Shown piece by piece: positions 10,736-19,976 of a stretch of 64,000 bases of DNA. Position 1 is the stretch's first letter; every line of letters begins with the position of its first letter. Below the pieces are notes generated by a model that had not been told where the DNA came from, ran no database searches, and saw nothing but the letters and a program-made list of their open reading frames with translations. The stretch is from Candidatus Babeliales bacterium (lineage in GTDB: Bacteria; Babelota; Babeliae; Babelales; JANWKD01): assembly GCA_963722255.1 (NCBI GenBank), contig CAVRJO010000001.1, positions 96,001 through 160,000 on the forward strand. Direction: 5' to 3'. Both the position numbers and the translations under genes were made by a program.

Positions 10736-12562
10736 ATGAAGCATACTATCTATAAAAAAATAAAAACAGTTTTGGGCTTTGTAATAATTGTAGTACCACT
10801 CATATGTTATTCACAAACAAACAGCGATTATTTGCATAATCGTGCTCCTCGAATAGATGCGATAGAATTAGCCGATGGAGCTGTTGTAGGACCATTACTT
10901 AATTGTAATTCAGTAAAAGTTTTAGGATTACTTAACATTTTAAAAAAAGACATCAACTCTTGCTGTATTGAGTTGGAAAATGATTTTATAGGAACATTTA
11001 CGATTTTATCAGATATAAAAAATACATTTACAGCGTGCTGCACAATAATCCAAAGTGATATTAATGGGACTTTTACAACGTTATCTGATGTTTTAACTAC
11101 GTTAACGAATTGTTGCAATGAAATAACCAATGAATTTAATCAAACATGGACCATTTTAGCAGCTGGATTTTCAAATACATTCACTGCATATTTTGATTTT
11201 AAATCAACCTTAACAACATGTTGCGATCAAATCGAAACAAATTTTACAAACATATTCATTGCATTAGAAAATCTTTCTGCTATCTGTCAAGGTTCTGTGT
11301 GCAACGCAATTACCATAACTGCACCAGGAACCATATCCATTCCTGGTTCATATTGTCTTGCTAACGATATTATTGGATCAATAATAATTAATGCAAATAA
11401 TGTTACCTTTGACTTAAATAATCATACAATTTCAGGTTCAGGTGCAGGAAGTGGTGCAGGGATTATACTTAATGCTGGCTCCAATCGCGTTGTAAAAAAT
11501 GGACGTATAACCAATATTGATTCTGGGATTGTATGCAATAACAATAACCAAACAATCTTAGAGGGTATTGTTGTTGAAACAGCATTTGTTGAAGGCATAA
11601 CCATTAATAATGGTAATACTATACTGTTAGATTCTTTAATTACCACAAGCGTCCTTGGTATCGGCGTTCACTTTACCGGTAACAACAACGGTACTCTCAT
11701 CAATAATACGACCGTTACTCTCTCCCAACAAGGTTTTGTTTTTGATACTATAACCAATAGTTTAATTAGGAATTGTAACGTTCTTGATTGTAGCACCACC
11801 GTAGTTACTCCATTAGGAACCACCGTAGGCGGTTTTACTATTATTAATGGTAGCTTTATACAGTTCGAAAACTGCTCTGTCAAAAACTACATTGGAGTTG
11901 ACTCAGTGGCAGCATTCTCACTTAATAATAATGTTAATAACGTAATTTTTAAAGCTTGTACTGTGCAAAATATAATTGCAACTATTTCATCTTCGTTTGG
12001 ATCCATAGCTGTTGGTTTTAATTGTGGCGTTACCAATACTATTCAACTTCTTAATTGTTCTGTTTTAGATGCAGCAGCAGATCTATTTGCAGGTGGTTTT
12101 TTATTCACAGGATCGAACATACAAGCAGAAAATTGTATTGCGCGCCATTTTACTACTTTTACTATTCCTCCTAGCTCTGGCAATAGTATCGGATTTCAAG
12201 TTACCAATAATAACGTTATACTAAAAAATTGCGAAGCCTATGAATGCGCCCAAACAGGATTTTTCATATCACCCACAGGAACCCTTATTAATGTTTCACT
12301 CATTAACTGTCAAGCTGCGTATAATAATTCTGGTTTTTCAACGCAATCAGCAGGTACCATTTTTGAACAATGTGTAGCATTTAAAAATGGCACCGGATTT
12401 TTTTCGTCAGTGGTGGGGGTTTCACCTTTCAGATGCTTTTCTACACAAAACACAACTAATTATGGTGGATCCATTGTCAATGTACAAAATGCCAATACCC
12501 AAGTAAATAATTCAGCGCTTGGACTCACAGGTCCATTTGCTGGTGGTAATTTATTTATTTAA
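10736..12562 (+). CDS. Secreted CC-repeat coiled-coil + beta-helix protein (paralog 2)
   Basis: Same architecture and C-terminal motif. Confidence 0.85.
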   Translation: MKHTIYKKIKTVLGFVIIVVPLICYSQTNSDYLHNRAPRIDAIELADGAVVGPLLNCNSVKVLGLLNILKKDINSCCIELENDFIGTFTILSDIKNTFTACCTIIQSDINGTFTTLSDVLTTLTNCCNEITNEFNQTWTILAAGFSNTFTAYFDFKSTLTTCCDQIETNFTNIFIALENLSAICQGSVCNAITITAPGTISIPGSYCLANDIIGSIIINANNVTFDLNNHTISGSGAGSGAGIILNAGSNRVVKNGRITNIDSGIVCNNNNQTILEGIVVETAFVEGITINNGNTILLDSLITTSVLGIGVHFTGNNNGTLINNTTVTLSQQGFVFDTITNSLIRNCNVLDCSTTVVTPLGTTVGGFTIINGSFIQFENCSVKNYIGVDSVAAFSLNNNVNNVIFKACTVQNIIATISSSFGSIAVGFNCGVTNTIQLLNCSVLDAAADLFAGGFLFTGSNIQAENCIARHFTTFTIPPSSGNSIGFQVTNNNVILKNCEAYECAQTGFFISPTGTLINVSLINCQAAYNNSGFSTQSAGTIFEQCVAFKNGTGFFSSVVGVSPFRCFSTQNTTNYGGSIVNVQNANTQVNNSALGLTGPFAGGNLFI

Positions 12563-12589
12563 TTTTAAATACAAAAAAAAGGAATATAA

Positions 12590-14323
12590 ATGAAGCTTAT
12601 TTCTAGCAATAAAAATAGATTACTTTGTATTGGTTTGGTTTTGCTTGTATGGTCTCAAGACCTTTTAGGAGACGAAATAAATAGGAAGAATCCAATTATT
12701 GTTTGCGATTTTAATCCTACCATTGAAACGATACTTGAGATAACTACGCTTTTTAATAGTTGCTGTAATCAGTTACAACAAGATTTTAGCGAAACATTTA
12801 CAACTCTTAATGACATTAAAAATACCCTAACAACCTGTTGCACTTTAGCTCAATCAGAATTCGATGCAACATTTACTGCCCTTGCAGATTTAAAAAATAC
12901 TCTTTCTGCATGCTGCTTTGAAACCACCTTAGAATTTCAGGGAACCTGGACAATATTGGCAGCAGCATTCAATGGTACATTTACCGCAACTGCTGATATA
13001 AAAAATACCCTTACGAGTTGTTGTAACATTATTCAGAATGATTTTCAAGCTACCCTTAGTGTTATTAGTTCACTCAGTTCTATCTGCTTGTTTGCTTGTT
13101 CAGCTATACCTATAACTGCTCCAACAACAATTTCAACTCCAGGATATTATTGTCTTGCAGCCGATGGTGCAGGTCCCATTATTATTAATGCAAACAATGT
13201 TACGTTAGATCTCAATAATCATACGTTAGCAGGAAGTGGCATAGGATCGGGTTCTGGTATTATTGTAAACAGCGGCAATAATAGAATTATTAAAAATGGA
13301 AAAATAAGAAATTTTGATACGGCAATTCTTTGCAATAGCAATATTAATACTCTTATAAACACACTAGAAATTGATACCTGTTTTGTACAAGCAATAGAAA
13401 TAATAAGTTCTACTGCAACATATTTAAATAGATTATTAATAAGCAATATAACAGGTATTGGCGTTCAATTTTCTGGATCCAATAATCATGCAAATATACT
13501 AACAAAGGTCACTGTTATTGAAGCACAACAAGGTTTTGTTTTAACAAGTTTTTTTACTGGTTTATTACAAGAATGTGAAGTAATAGATTGTATATCTTCG
13601 ATCATTCCGGGTACAACTTTGAATGGTTTTGTTATTAATGAAGGTAATTCTAATCTATTTGATACTTGTTCAGTAAAAAATTTTGCTTCTTCTCGTTCTC
13701 GAGGGTTTGCTTTCAATAATGCATCTACTATAATTCTACGGAATTGCTCAGTGCAAAATCTTGTTACTTCACCCATCTTATCAAATGAAGTGATCGGGTT
13801 TGATTGCACAGCTTCTTCAACCGATATTCAATTGTGGAGCTGTTCTTTACACGATGCTCAATCTTCCTCAGTTTGTACAGGATATGAGTTTGCAGGTAAT
13901 ACCATTACCGCAAAAAACTGTTTAGCACAAGCTTGCACATCACTCGGGGTAAATGCTGGAACTGGTTTTGATCTTACTGGAATCAATATTTCTCTCATTA
14001 ATTGTCAAGCATTGAGCAATACTCAAAATGGTTTTAATGCTGTAACGAACAATCCAGGTCTTATGCAATACTGCCAAGCTGGTTTTAATGCCAATAATGG
14101 ATTTATCATTGGTGCAAATACCACTACCGGAAATTGTTCATCATTCAATAACAATATAGGCTTTAATGCTCCTTCTAATGCAATTATTTATAACTGTTTT
14201 GCATCAAAAAATAGTACCAACTATGTTGCAACAGTTCCTAATACGGAAAATGCTAATACTCAAGTTAATAAAGCTGCTCCAGGGCTCACAGGTCCATTTG
14301 CTGGAGGCAATGTATTTATGTAA
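12590..14323 (+). CDS. Secreted CC-repeat coiled-coil + beta-helix protein (paralog 3)
   Basis: Same architecture and C-terminal motif. Confidence 0.85.
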   Translation: MKLISSNKNRLLCIGLVLLVWSQDLLGDEINRKNPIIVCDFNPTIETILEITTLFNSCCNQLQQDFSETFTTLNDIKNTLTTCCTLAQSEFDATFTALADLKNTLSACCFETTLEFQGTWTILAAAFNGTFTATADIKNTLTSCCNIIQNDFQATLSVISSLSSICLFACSAIPITAPTTISTPGYYCLAADGAGPIIINANNVTLDLNNHTLAGSGIGSGSGIIVNSGNNRIIKNGKIRNFDTAILCNSNINTLINTLEIDTCFVQAIEIISSTATYLNRLLISNITGIGVQFSGSNNHANILTKVTVIEAQQGFVLTSFFTGLLQECEVIDCISSIIPGTTLNGFVINEGNSNLFDTCSVKNFASSRSRGFAFNNASTIILRNCSVQNLVTSPILSNEVIGFDCTASSTDIQLWSCSLHDAQSSSVCTGYEFAGNTITAKNCLAQACTSLGVNAGTGFDLTGINISLINCQALSNTQNGFNAVTNNPGLMQYCQAGFNANNGFIIGANTTTGNCSSFNNNIGFNAPSNAIIYNCFASKNSTNYVATVPNTENANTQVNKAAPGLTGPFAGGNVFM

Positions 14324-14359
14324 TTCTTTTGATAAAAAATGTACTTAAGGAGAACCGTA

Positions 14360-16369
14360 ATGAAATTTTATGATGTATTAAAACTATCGTTATTAATGAT
14401 TTTTTGTGTTTTTTGTCATATCAGCTCACAACCATTCGAAGATACCATTGCACAACTATCTCTTATTAATGATTATGTAGAACTTACTTCTTTAACATCT
14501 ACACAATTAGGATCTAAACTCAAGGAGATACTAACGCAAATACTTGAACATCAAGACAATATCCCGGAAGAGATTAATCGATGTTATCAAGCGTTACATG
14601 AAAAAGCTCAATCAGTAAAAATTAACGATCTAATCATAACATTGATGTATAGTATTGATTATAAAGCACCAGGATTACTTTTACATAAAAGTCTACGTGC
14701 TCCTCGCCCCAATGCATCTCAAAATAACAATTCAGTAGTAGGGCCAATAATTAACTGTGATCTTCATCAGCTCACTGAGCTGCTTGAATTTTTGCGAATT
14801 TTAATAACGCTTTGTTGCGAACAATTAGAACAGGATTTTAACATTCTTTTTAGTGATTTAACTACCATACTAAATAATCTCAACACCTACTGCATTTTAA
14901 TAACAGCTACGTCCGATTTTCAGGGTACATTTACCACAATTCAAGATATAAAAAATACCCTGACCACATGTTGTGCAAACATTACCCTTGATTTTGAAGC
15001 TACCTGGACTAGTATCTTTGCTGGCTTTGCAACAACTTTTACTGAGATTTCAGATATAAAAAATACATTTACGATCTGTTGTGATGAAATTCAACAAAAT
15101 TTTCAAGGAACATTTACAGCATTACATAGTTTAAGCACAACAAATACCTGCATATCTCCCTGTGGCGCAGTTCCTATTACACAATCTACTATTATTACCG
15201 TCTCAGGTTCTTACTGCCTTTCTAAGGATATTGCTGGTCCAATAACTGTTAATGCAAATAATGTAACATTAGATTTAAATAATCATACCGTTTCAGGTTC
15301 AGGTGCAGGCAGTGGTGCGGGCATTATACTTAATGCTGGATCTAACAGGTTAATTAAAAATGGACGTATTGAAAATTTTGATACCGCAATTTTTAGTACA
15401 AACAATGTCACAACTGCGTTATTAAACATTGTTATTAACACCTGCTTTATTGAAGGAATAACAATCAATAATGGAACCGATATTCATTTGGATTCACTCG
15501 TAATAACAAGTATTATTGGTATCGGAGTTCATTTGACAGGAATTAACAATGCATATCTTATAAAAAATGTTTTAATTAACTTGGCAGAGCAAGGATTTAT
15601 TTTTGATACTATTTCTAATAGTCTGATACAAAATTGTGAAGTTACTGATTGTAACTCTCCTCTTTCGACACAAGGTTATGCAGTTAATGCTGGAAGCTTT
15701 AATCAATTTGATAATTGCTCAGCTAAAAATCTTGTTTCAATAATTAAGTCAGTAGGTTTTTTCTTATTAAATAGCAACAATACCATACTCACAGACTGTA
15801 CTGTTGAGAATATGATTACTAACGTTGGAGCCTCTGCCGAAGGTTTTGAATGTAATACTCTCTCAAGCGATAATGAATTATTACATTGTTCAGTTTTAAA
15901 TGTTAATGCTCCCGTTTTCACCGCTGGATTCGCTTTAGAAGGTACTGCTATTACAGCAATCGATTGTCTTACACAATCCTGTTTTACCTCTGATTTTAAT
16001 GGTAATGGCTTTGTGTGTACTGGTTCAAATATAGCATTAACAGATTGCCAGGCATTTAACTGTCAATCTGTTGGATTTAACATAACATCAACAAATATTA
16101 CGCTGCAATTTTGCCAAAGTGCTTATAATGATACTGGGTTCTTGATTAACAATCCTAATGTTCTTATTGGCAATTCAGTTGCAGTAAATAATGGCTCCAT
16201 TGGTTTTAATAGTAACTTTTTAACTCTAGCACTCTATCATTGTTTTGCTTCTCAAAATGGAATCAATAATTATGTTGGTATTCCTAATGTTCAAAATGCA
16301 AATACCCAGGTAAATAATACAGCACCAGGACTTACAGGACCTTTTGCAGGAGCTAATCTCTTTATCTAA
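14360..16369 (+). CDS. Secreted CC-repeat coiled-coil + beta-helix protein (paralog 4)
   Basis: Same architecture; ATG at 14360 follows AAGGAG. Confidence 0.85.
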   Translation: MKFYDVLKLSLLMIFCVFCHISSQPFEDTIAQLSLINDYVELTSLTSTQLGSKLKEILTQILEHQDNIPEEINRCYQALHEKAQSVKINDLIITLMYSIDYKAPGLLLHKSLRAPRPNASQNNNSVVGPIINCDLHQLTELLEFLRILITLCCEQLEQDFNILFSDLTTILNNLNTYCILITATSDFQGTFTTIQDIKNTLTTCCANITLDFEATWTSIFAGFATTFTEISDIKNTFTICCDEIQQNFQGTFTALHSLSTTNTCISPCGAVPITQSTIITVSGSYCLSKDIAGPITVNANNVTLDLNNHTVSGSGAGSGAGIILNAGSNRLIKNGRIENFDTAIFSTNNVTTALLNIVINTCFIEGITINNGTDIHLDSLVITSIIGIGVHLTGINNAYLIKNVLINLAEQGFIFDTISNSLIQNCEVTDCNSPLSTQGYAVNAGSFNQFDNCSAKNLVSIIKSVGFFLLNSNNTILTDCTVENMITNVGASAEGFECNTLSSDNELLHCSVLNVNAPVFTAGFALEGTAITAIDCLTQSCFTSDFNGNGFVCTGSNIALTDCQAFNCQSVGFNITSTNITLQFCQSAYNDTGFLINNPNVLIGNSVAVNNGSIGFNSNFLTLALYHCFASQNGINNYVGIPNVQNANTQVNNTAPGLTGPFAGANLFI

Positions 16370-16380
16370 CAATATAAGTA

Positions 16381-16422
16381 AAGCTCCATTTTTGGTTTTA
16401 AATAAAATAAAAAATGGAGCTT
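16381..16422. terminator. Hairpin terminating the four-gene array
   Basis: aagctccattttt...aaaaatggagctt inverted repeat. Confidence 0.7.
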
Positions 16423-16548
16423 CTTAAGTTAAAAATTAATTTTTATAATAATTTGCATGCCCTAACACACGATTGTCAAAAGATTTGCACATTTTACTTC
16501 AAAGAAGTATTATTCTTATTAATGTAAGTTTGACAAATTAAACACTAT

Positions 16549-16580
16549 GTCATCACGAGGAACGAAGTTCCGTGGTGACC
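16549..16580. repeat. REP/RPE-like short palindromic element
   Basis: gtcatcacg-aggaacgaagttc-cgtggtgac; resembles the GTCATTGCGAGGAGCGAAGCGACGTGGCAATC class of palindromes. Confidence 0.55.
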
Positions 16581-16589
16581 CAGTGAAAA

Positions 16590-16646
16590 AATTCCGGAAT
16601 ATTTTTATGAATAACTCCTCCAAAATTTTCACTTTCCTCTGTGGAC
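16590..16646 (+). repeat. Direct repeat copy 2 (intact start of the prohibitin gene)
   Basis: 52/57 nt identical to 8369..8425. Confidence 0.85.
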
Positions 16647-17407
16647 TCATAATTTTTATTGTTATAGGTCTTTTGCCGTTAAGTTTTTACATAATAAATC
16701 CCGGGCATACAGCCATTCAACTGCGATTAGGCAAAGTTATAGGAACACAATCTATTTCAGGTTTTTATTATAAATTTCCTTTGATTGACAACATTGTTAT
16801 CATCAATACACAAATTAATAAGGCCGCGATAGAAACAACGGGTATGTCACGAGATTTACAAACGGTATCAGTTGGCATGGTCATTAACTATAGAATCAGT
16901 GATGTTCTTAAATTGTATCAAGAAATTGGGACGAATTTTGAACGAGTGATTATTGATCCTTTCACACAAGAAAGCGTAAAAGCGGTTATTGCTAAATTTA
17001 CCGCAGAAGATCTTATTCAAAGCAGACATGAAGCAAAAGAGAAAGTTATTCAAGAACTACAAGATCGTTTAGCGCCCCGCTATTTACAATTAGTTGATTT
17101 TAACTTTATTCATCTTGATTTCTCTCCAGATTTTATTAGAGCAGTTGAAGAAAAACAGATTGCAGAACAAAGTGCCAAAACCGCTAAAAATTTAACAGCA
17201 AAAGTACAAGAAGAAGCGCTGCAAACCCGCACAAGAGCTGAAGCAGAAGCATATACGTTACGTATTAAAAAAGAATCGGTAACAAAAGAGCTTATTGCTT
17301 TGCAACAAGTTGAAATTCAATTAAAAGCAATTGAAAAATGGAATGGTGTTCTTCCCCGCGTTAATGGAGGTGCAATGCCATTTCTTTCACTGACAGATAA
17401 TCAATAA
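16607..17407 (+). CDS. Prohibitin/SPFH (band 7) family protein
   Basis: N-terminal TM, SRDLQTV, ESVKAVIAKFTAEDLIQSR, FSPDFIRAVEEKQIAEQ, IEKWNGVLP. Confidence 0.9.
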   Translation: MNNSSKIFTFLCGLIIFIVIGLLPLSFYIINPGHTAIQLRLGKVIGTQSISGFYYKFPLIDNIVIINTQINKAAIETTGMSRDLQTVSVGMVINYRISDVLKLYQEIGTNFERVIIDPFTQESVKAVIAKFTAEDLIQSRHEAKEKVIQELQDRLAPRYLQLVDFNFIHLDFSPDFIRAVEEKQIAEQSAKTAKNLTAKVQEEALQTRTRAEAEAYTLRIKKESVTKELIALQQVEIQLKAIEKWNGVLPRVNGGAMPFLSLTDNQ

Positions 17408-17424
17408 AAATTATAGGATGTAGA

Positions 17425-17850
17425 TTAAATAGTATTAATGTCAATGACAATTCGCTCTAATAATTTTAACGTTATAAAATATTCACCAATACGTGCACAT
17501 GATTCTCTTGCAGTTTCTTCATTATAGTCATGTGTTGTAGCATTTCTTGCTTCAGAAATATCTAATAACTTTTTAGTCTCGTCTTCATTTATTATTTTTA
17601 AAACAAAACATTCACGAAAAATTGCTTTTGGCGATGCGAGCTCAATAGAATAAAATTTTTTAATATATTGCTGAAGAAATTTCCAAGACATTTCATAGCA
17701 CATCTCAAAATGTTTTACCAATGAAGCAACTGAATTTTCCAGCTCATCCGTTTCTGCGCCCGAACTATATTTAAGTGAAAACTTTAAGCTACGTTCCAAT
17801 GCATTTAAAGATTTTAAAAATTTTTGATGTGCCGATACTAACTTTTCCAC
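17425..17850 (-). CDS. HEPN RNase toxin (HI0074-like nucleotidyltransferase substrate-binding family)
   Basis: KHFEMCYEMSWK, SPKAIFRE, Rx4H motif RNATTHDY. Confidence 0.88.
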   Translation of the reverse strand: MEKLVSAHQKFLKSLNALERSLKFSLKYSSGAETDELENSVASLVKHFEMCYEMSWKFLQQYIKKFYSIELASPKAIFRECFVLKIINEDETKKLLDISEARNATTHDYNEETARESCARIGEYFITLKLLERIVIDINTI

Positions 17851-18119
17851 AAAATGCCTTCTTTCAAGATATTTTCTTTTAATGCATCAGGGACTCTGTT
17901 AAAGTCAACAACGTCGACCTTCTGTGGGATATTAAGTGCATCAATCATGCTAACGATTTGGCCTTTTTGCGTCATAGATATAGGATTTTTTGCATCTATA
18001 GCTATATCTATGTCGGAAGTTTCAGAATTGTCCCCACGAGCACGTGATCCAAAGAGATAGACTTTTGCTTCAGGAAAAAATATTTCAATAACTTTAATAA
18101 TTTGTTCTTTATTTGGCAT
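17838..18119 (-). CDS. Minimal nucleotidyltransferase (MNT) antitoxin
   Basis: LFGSRARGDNSETSDIDIAID (GSx10DxD), KVDVVD, ILKEGILW; overlaps the HEPN gene. Confidence 0.9.
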   Translation of the reverse strand: MPNKEQIIKVIEIFFPEAKVYLFGSRARGDNSETSDIDIAIDAKNPISMTQKGQIVSMIDALNIPQKVDVVDFNRVPDALKENILKEGILWKS

Positions 18120-18217
18120 ATTTTTTTTCTAACTAACTTGTTAAATTACGAATCATTATATTTTATCAAAATTTTTATCTAAGCACCATGATAAATAACT
18201 TTGAATAAAAGTAACAA

Positions 18218-18778
18218 TTATTGAGCTCCCGCTTTCTTAAGCATCTCAACGAGTTCTGCATCACCTTTTTCTTCTGCCAGTTTTAATGCAACATCACCTG
18301 CATAAAACTTAACTCCTGCATCAATAAGTAATTCAACCAATTCTTTACGATTCTTATCGATAGCATCCCGAAGCATTTTTCGTAATGTAACTTTTGTTAA
18401 TCTCACCTGGCATGCATGAACATCTCCCACATCACATGACCAATAAATACTCCTGTACTTTTGCAAATCATCGTTATTAAAAACTCCAGCATGCAATAGA
18501 TTAACCTGCGGGTTATTAAGCAAGCTAATTAATAGTTTCTTTTCAGATATTGAACAATCTACACAACCTAAAATTTTCTTAATTTTTTCAGCAAGTTTGA
18601 GAACATCTTCATCTACCTCTTTACCTTGAGCAATATCCCAGGCTTTGACAAATTGCGGTGAAGCATCTTTAACGTCTAAATACGTTTCAAGAGAAGTTTC
18701 ACTTTGTTCTGCTGCATACACAGTAGTTAGAAAAACACAGCATCCTACGATTATTATTTGCTTTAAACTCTTCATCAT
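18218..18778 (-). CDS. Secreted protein with C-terminal ankyrin-like repeats
   Basis: Signal peptide; ELVELLIDAGV, ALKLAEEKGDAELVEMLKKAGA. Confidence 0.75.
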   Translation of the reverse strand: MMKSLKQIIIVGCCVFLTTVYAAEQSETSLETYLDVKDASPQFVKAWDIAQGKEVDEDVLKLAEKIKKILGCVDCSISEKKLLISLLNNPQVNLLHAGVFNNDDLQKYRSIYWSCDVGDVHACQVRLTKVTLRKMLRDAIDKNRKELVELLIDAGVKFYAGDVALKLAEEKGDAELVEMLKKAGAQ

Positions 18779-18966
18779 TTTCTCCTGATTGCATAAAACT
18801 AACTATTAAATTCTATTCTTAAAAAATCATCTTTATCATTATCATAAACCATATATAGGTTCAAAATCAATAATATTTTATTTAAAACATTGCTATTTGA
18901 AAATAATTTATGCCATACTTATAGTGTAGTATTTTATAATATGGATTATTTGAAAAAGGATACGCT

Positions 18967-19338
18967 ATGAAAAAGTATATCATTGTTGGCTTAATGCTTT
19001 TCACCTCTCTTTCACTAAACGCTGCCTCTAGTTTTGATACGTATAAAAATGAGATAGAGAACCAAATCAAAGTAGCTCACTCATATTTTGATCAAATTGA
19101 AAAACTTAAATCTACAACACCAGGACTCGCAATTTCCGGGGTAGCAGAACGCGCAAAAAATCAAAAAATCCATTCACTTGAAGTTGCAATACAAAAAGCC
19201 ATAAATAACGCCACCGATGCTTTGCAGATGATCAATAATTTGACCTTAACACCCGCCCAAAAAAGCTTAACAGAAAAACTAACTAAAGAAGTTGAGTTGT
19301 TACGGGAAAAAGCTCTTCCATTTGGTATTGATTTTTAA
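18967..19338 (+). CDS. Small secreted helical hypothetical protein
   Basis: Signal peptide MKKYIIVGLML..LNA; AAGGA RBS. Confidence 0.75.
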   Translation: MKKYIIVGLMLFTSLSLNAASSFDTYKNEIENQIKVAHSYFDQIEKLKSTTPGLAISGVAERAKNQKIHSLEVAIQKAINNATDALQMINNLTLTPAQKSLTEKLTKEVELLREKALPFGIDF

Positions 19339-19366
19339 CTACATTTGTTAAAAAAAGGAATTAATT

Positions 19367-19726
19367 ATGAAGAAATATATGATGTTAAGTATAATGCTCA
19401 TCACTGCATTCTCATCACTTTATGCCGTTGAAATATTTCAATTCGTTTCTCAAGCAAGAAAAAAAATTAACGAAGGTGATAAAATAGCCAATCTCATCAA
19501 CGTAACAAACAATAGCTTAAAAAATACGGCGAATGCTCAAACAAGAAAAAATATAGCTAATAAAATTCAAAATTTACGAAAAAAAGCGTTATCTAATTAT
19601 CAAGAAGCACTATCCTTTTTTGATGAAGCAAACAAGCTACCAGAATTAAATAAAAGCCAAAAAAACTTCATAGATAAGCAAAAAGAAGATATTGAAAAAA
19701 AAATAGACACGCTTAACGTACTCTAA
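19367..19726 (+). CDS. Small secreted helical hypothetical protein (likely paralog of the upstream gene)
   Basis: Signal peptide MKKYMMLSIML..LYA; AAGGA RBS. Confidence 0.75.
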   Translation: MKKYMMLSIMLITAFSSLYAVEIFQFVSQARKKINEGDKIANLINVTNNSLKNTANAQTRKNIANKIQNLRKKALSNYQEALSFFDEANKLPELNKSQKNFIDKQKEDIEKKIDTLNVL

Positions 19727-19750
19727 AAAAATGTTATAGGTGATAATAGT

Positions 19751-19792
19751 ATAAGCAGCAATAATTCTACAATTAGAAACATTGCTGCTTAT
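19751..19792. terminator. Intrinsic terminator-like hairpin between convergent genes
   Basis: ataagcagcaat...attgctgcttat 12-bp inverted repeat. Confidence 0.7.
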
Positions 19793-19976
19793 ATTTTATT
19801 TAGTTTCTTATATTGTCAATCCGCCTCACCAAAAATTATAAAATCGTTTACTACATTTAAATTAAAACCATTGGTTAAAGTCGCCGGGATTACAAGTTGC
19901 GAGTGATAAATCGTCATTTACAATTACTGGTGTTTGCACAAAAGAACAAAATCCGCATAGCGAATTTTTATACCAA

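Noticed and set aside
8635..16369. CRISPR array or DGR template/variable repeats
   Set aside because: The repeats are degenerate coding repeats and paralogy; no spacer pattern, no adenine-specific mismatch pattern noticed, no cas or RT gene
8635..16369. Prophage tail-spike cluster
   Set aside because: All four have Sec-type leaders, and no phage structural, terminase or integrase genes are nearby
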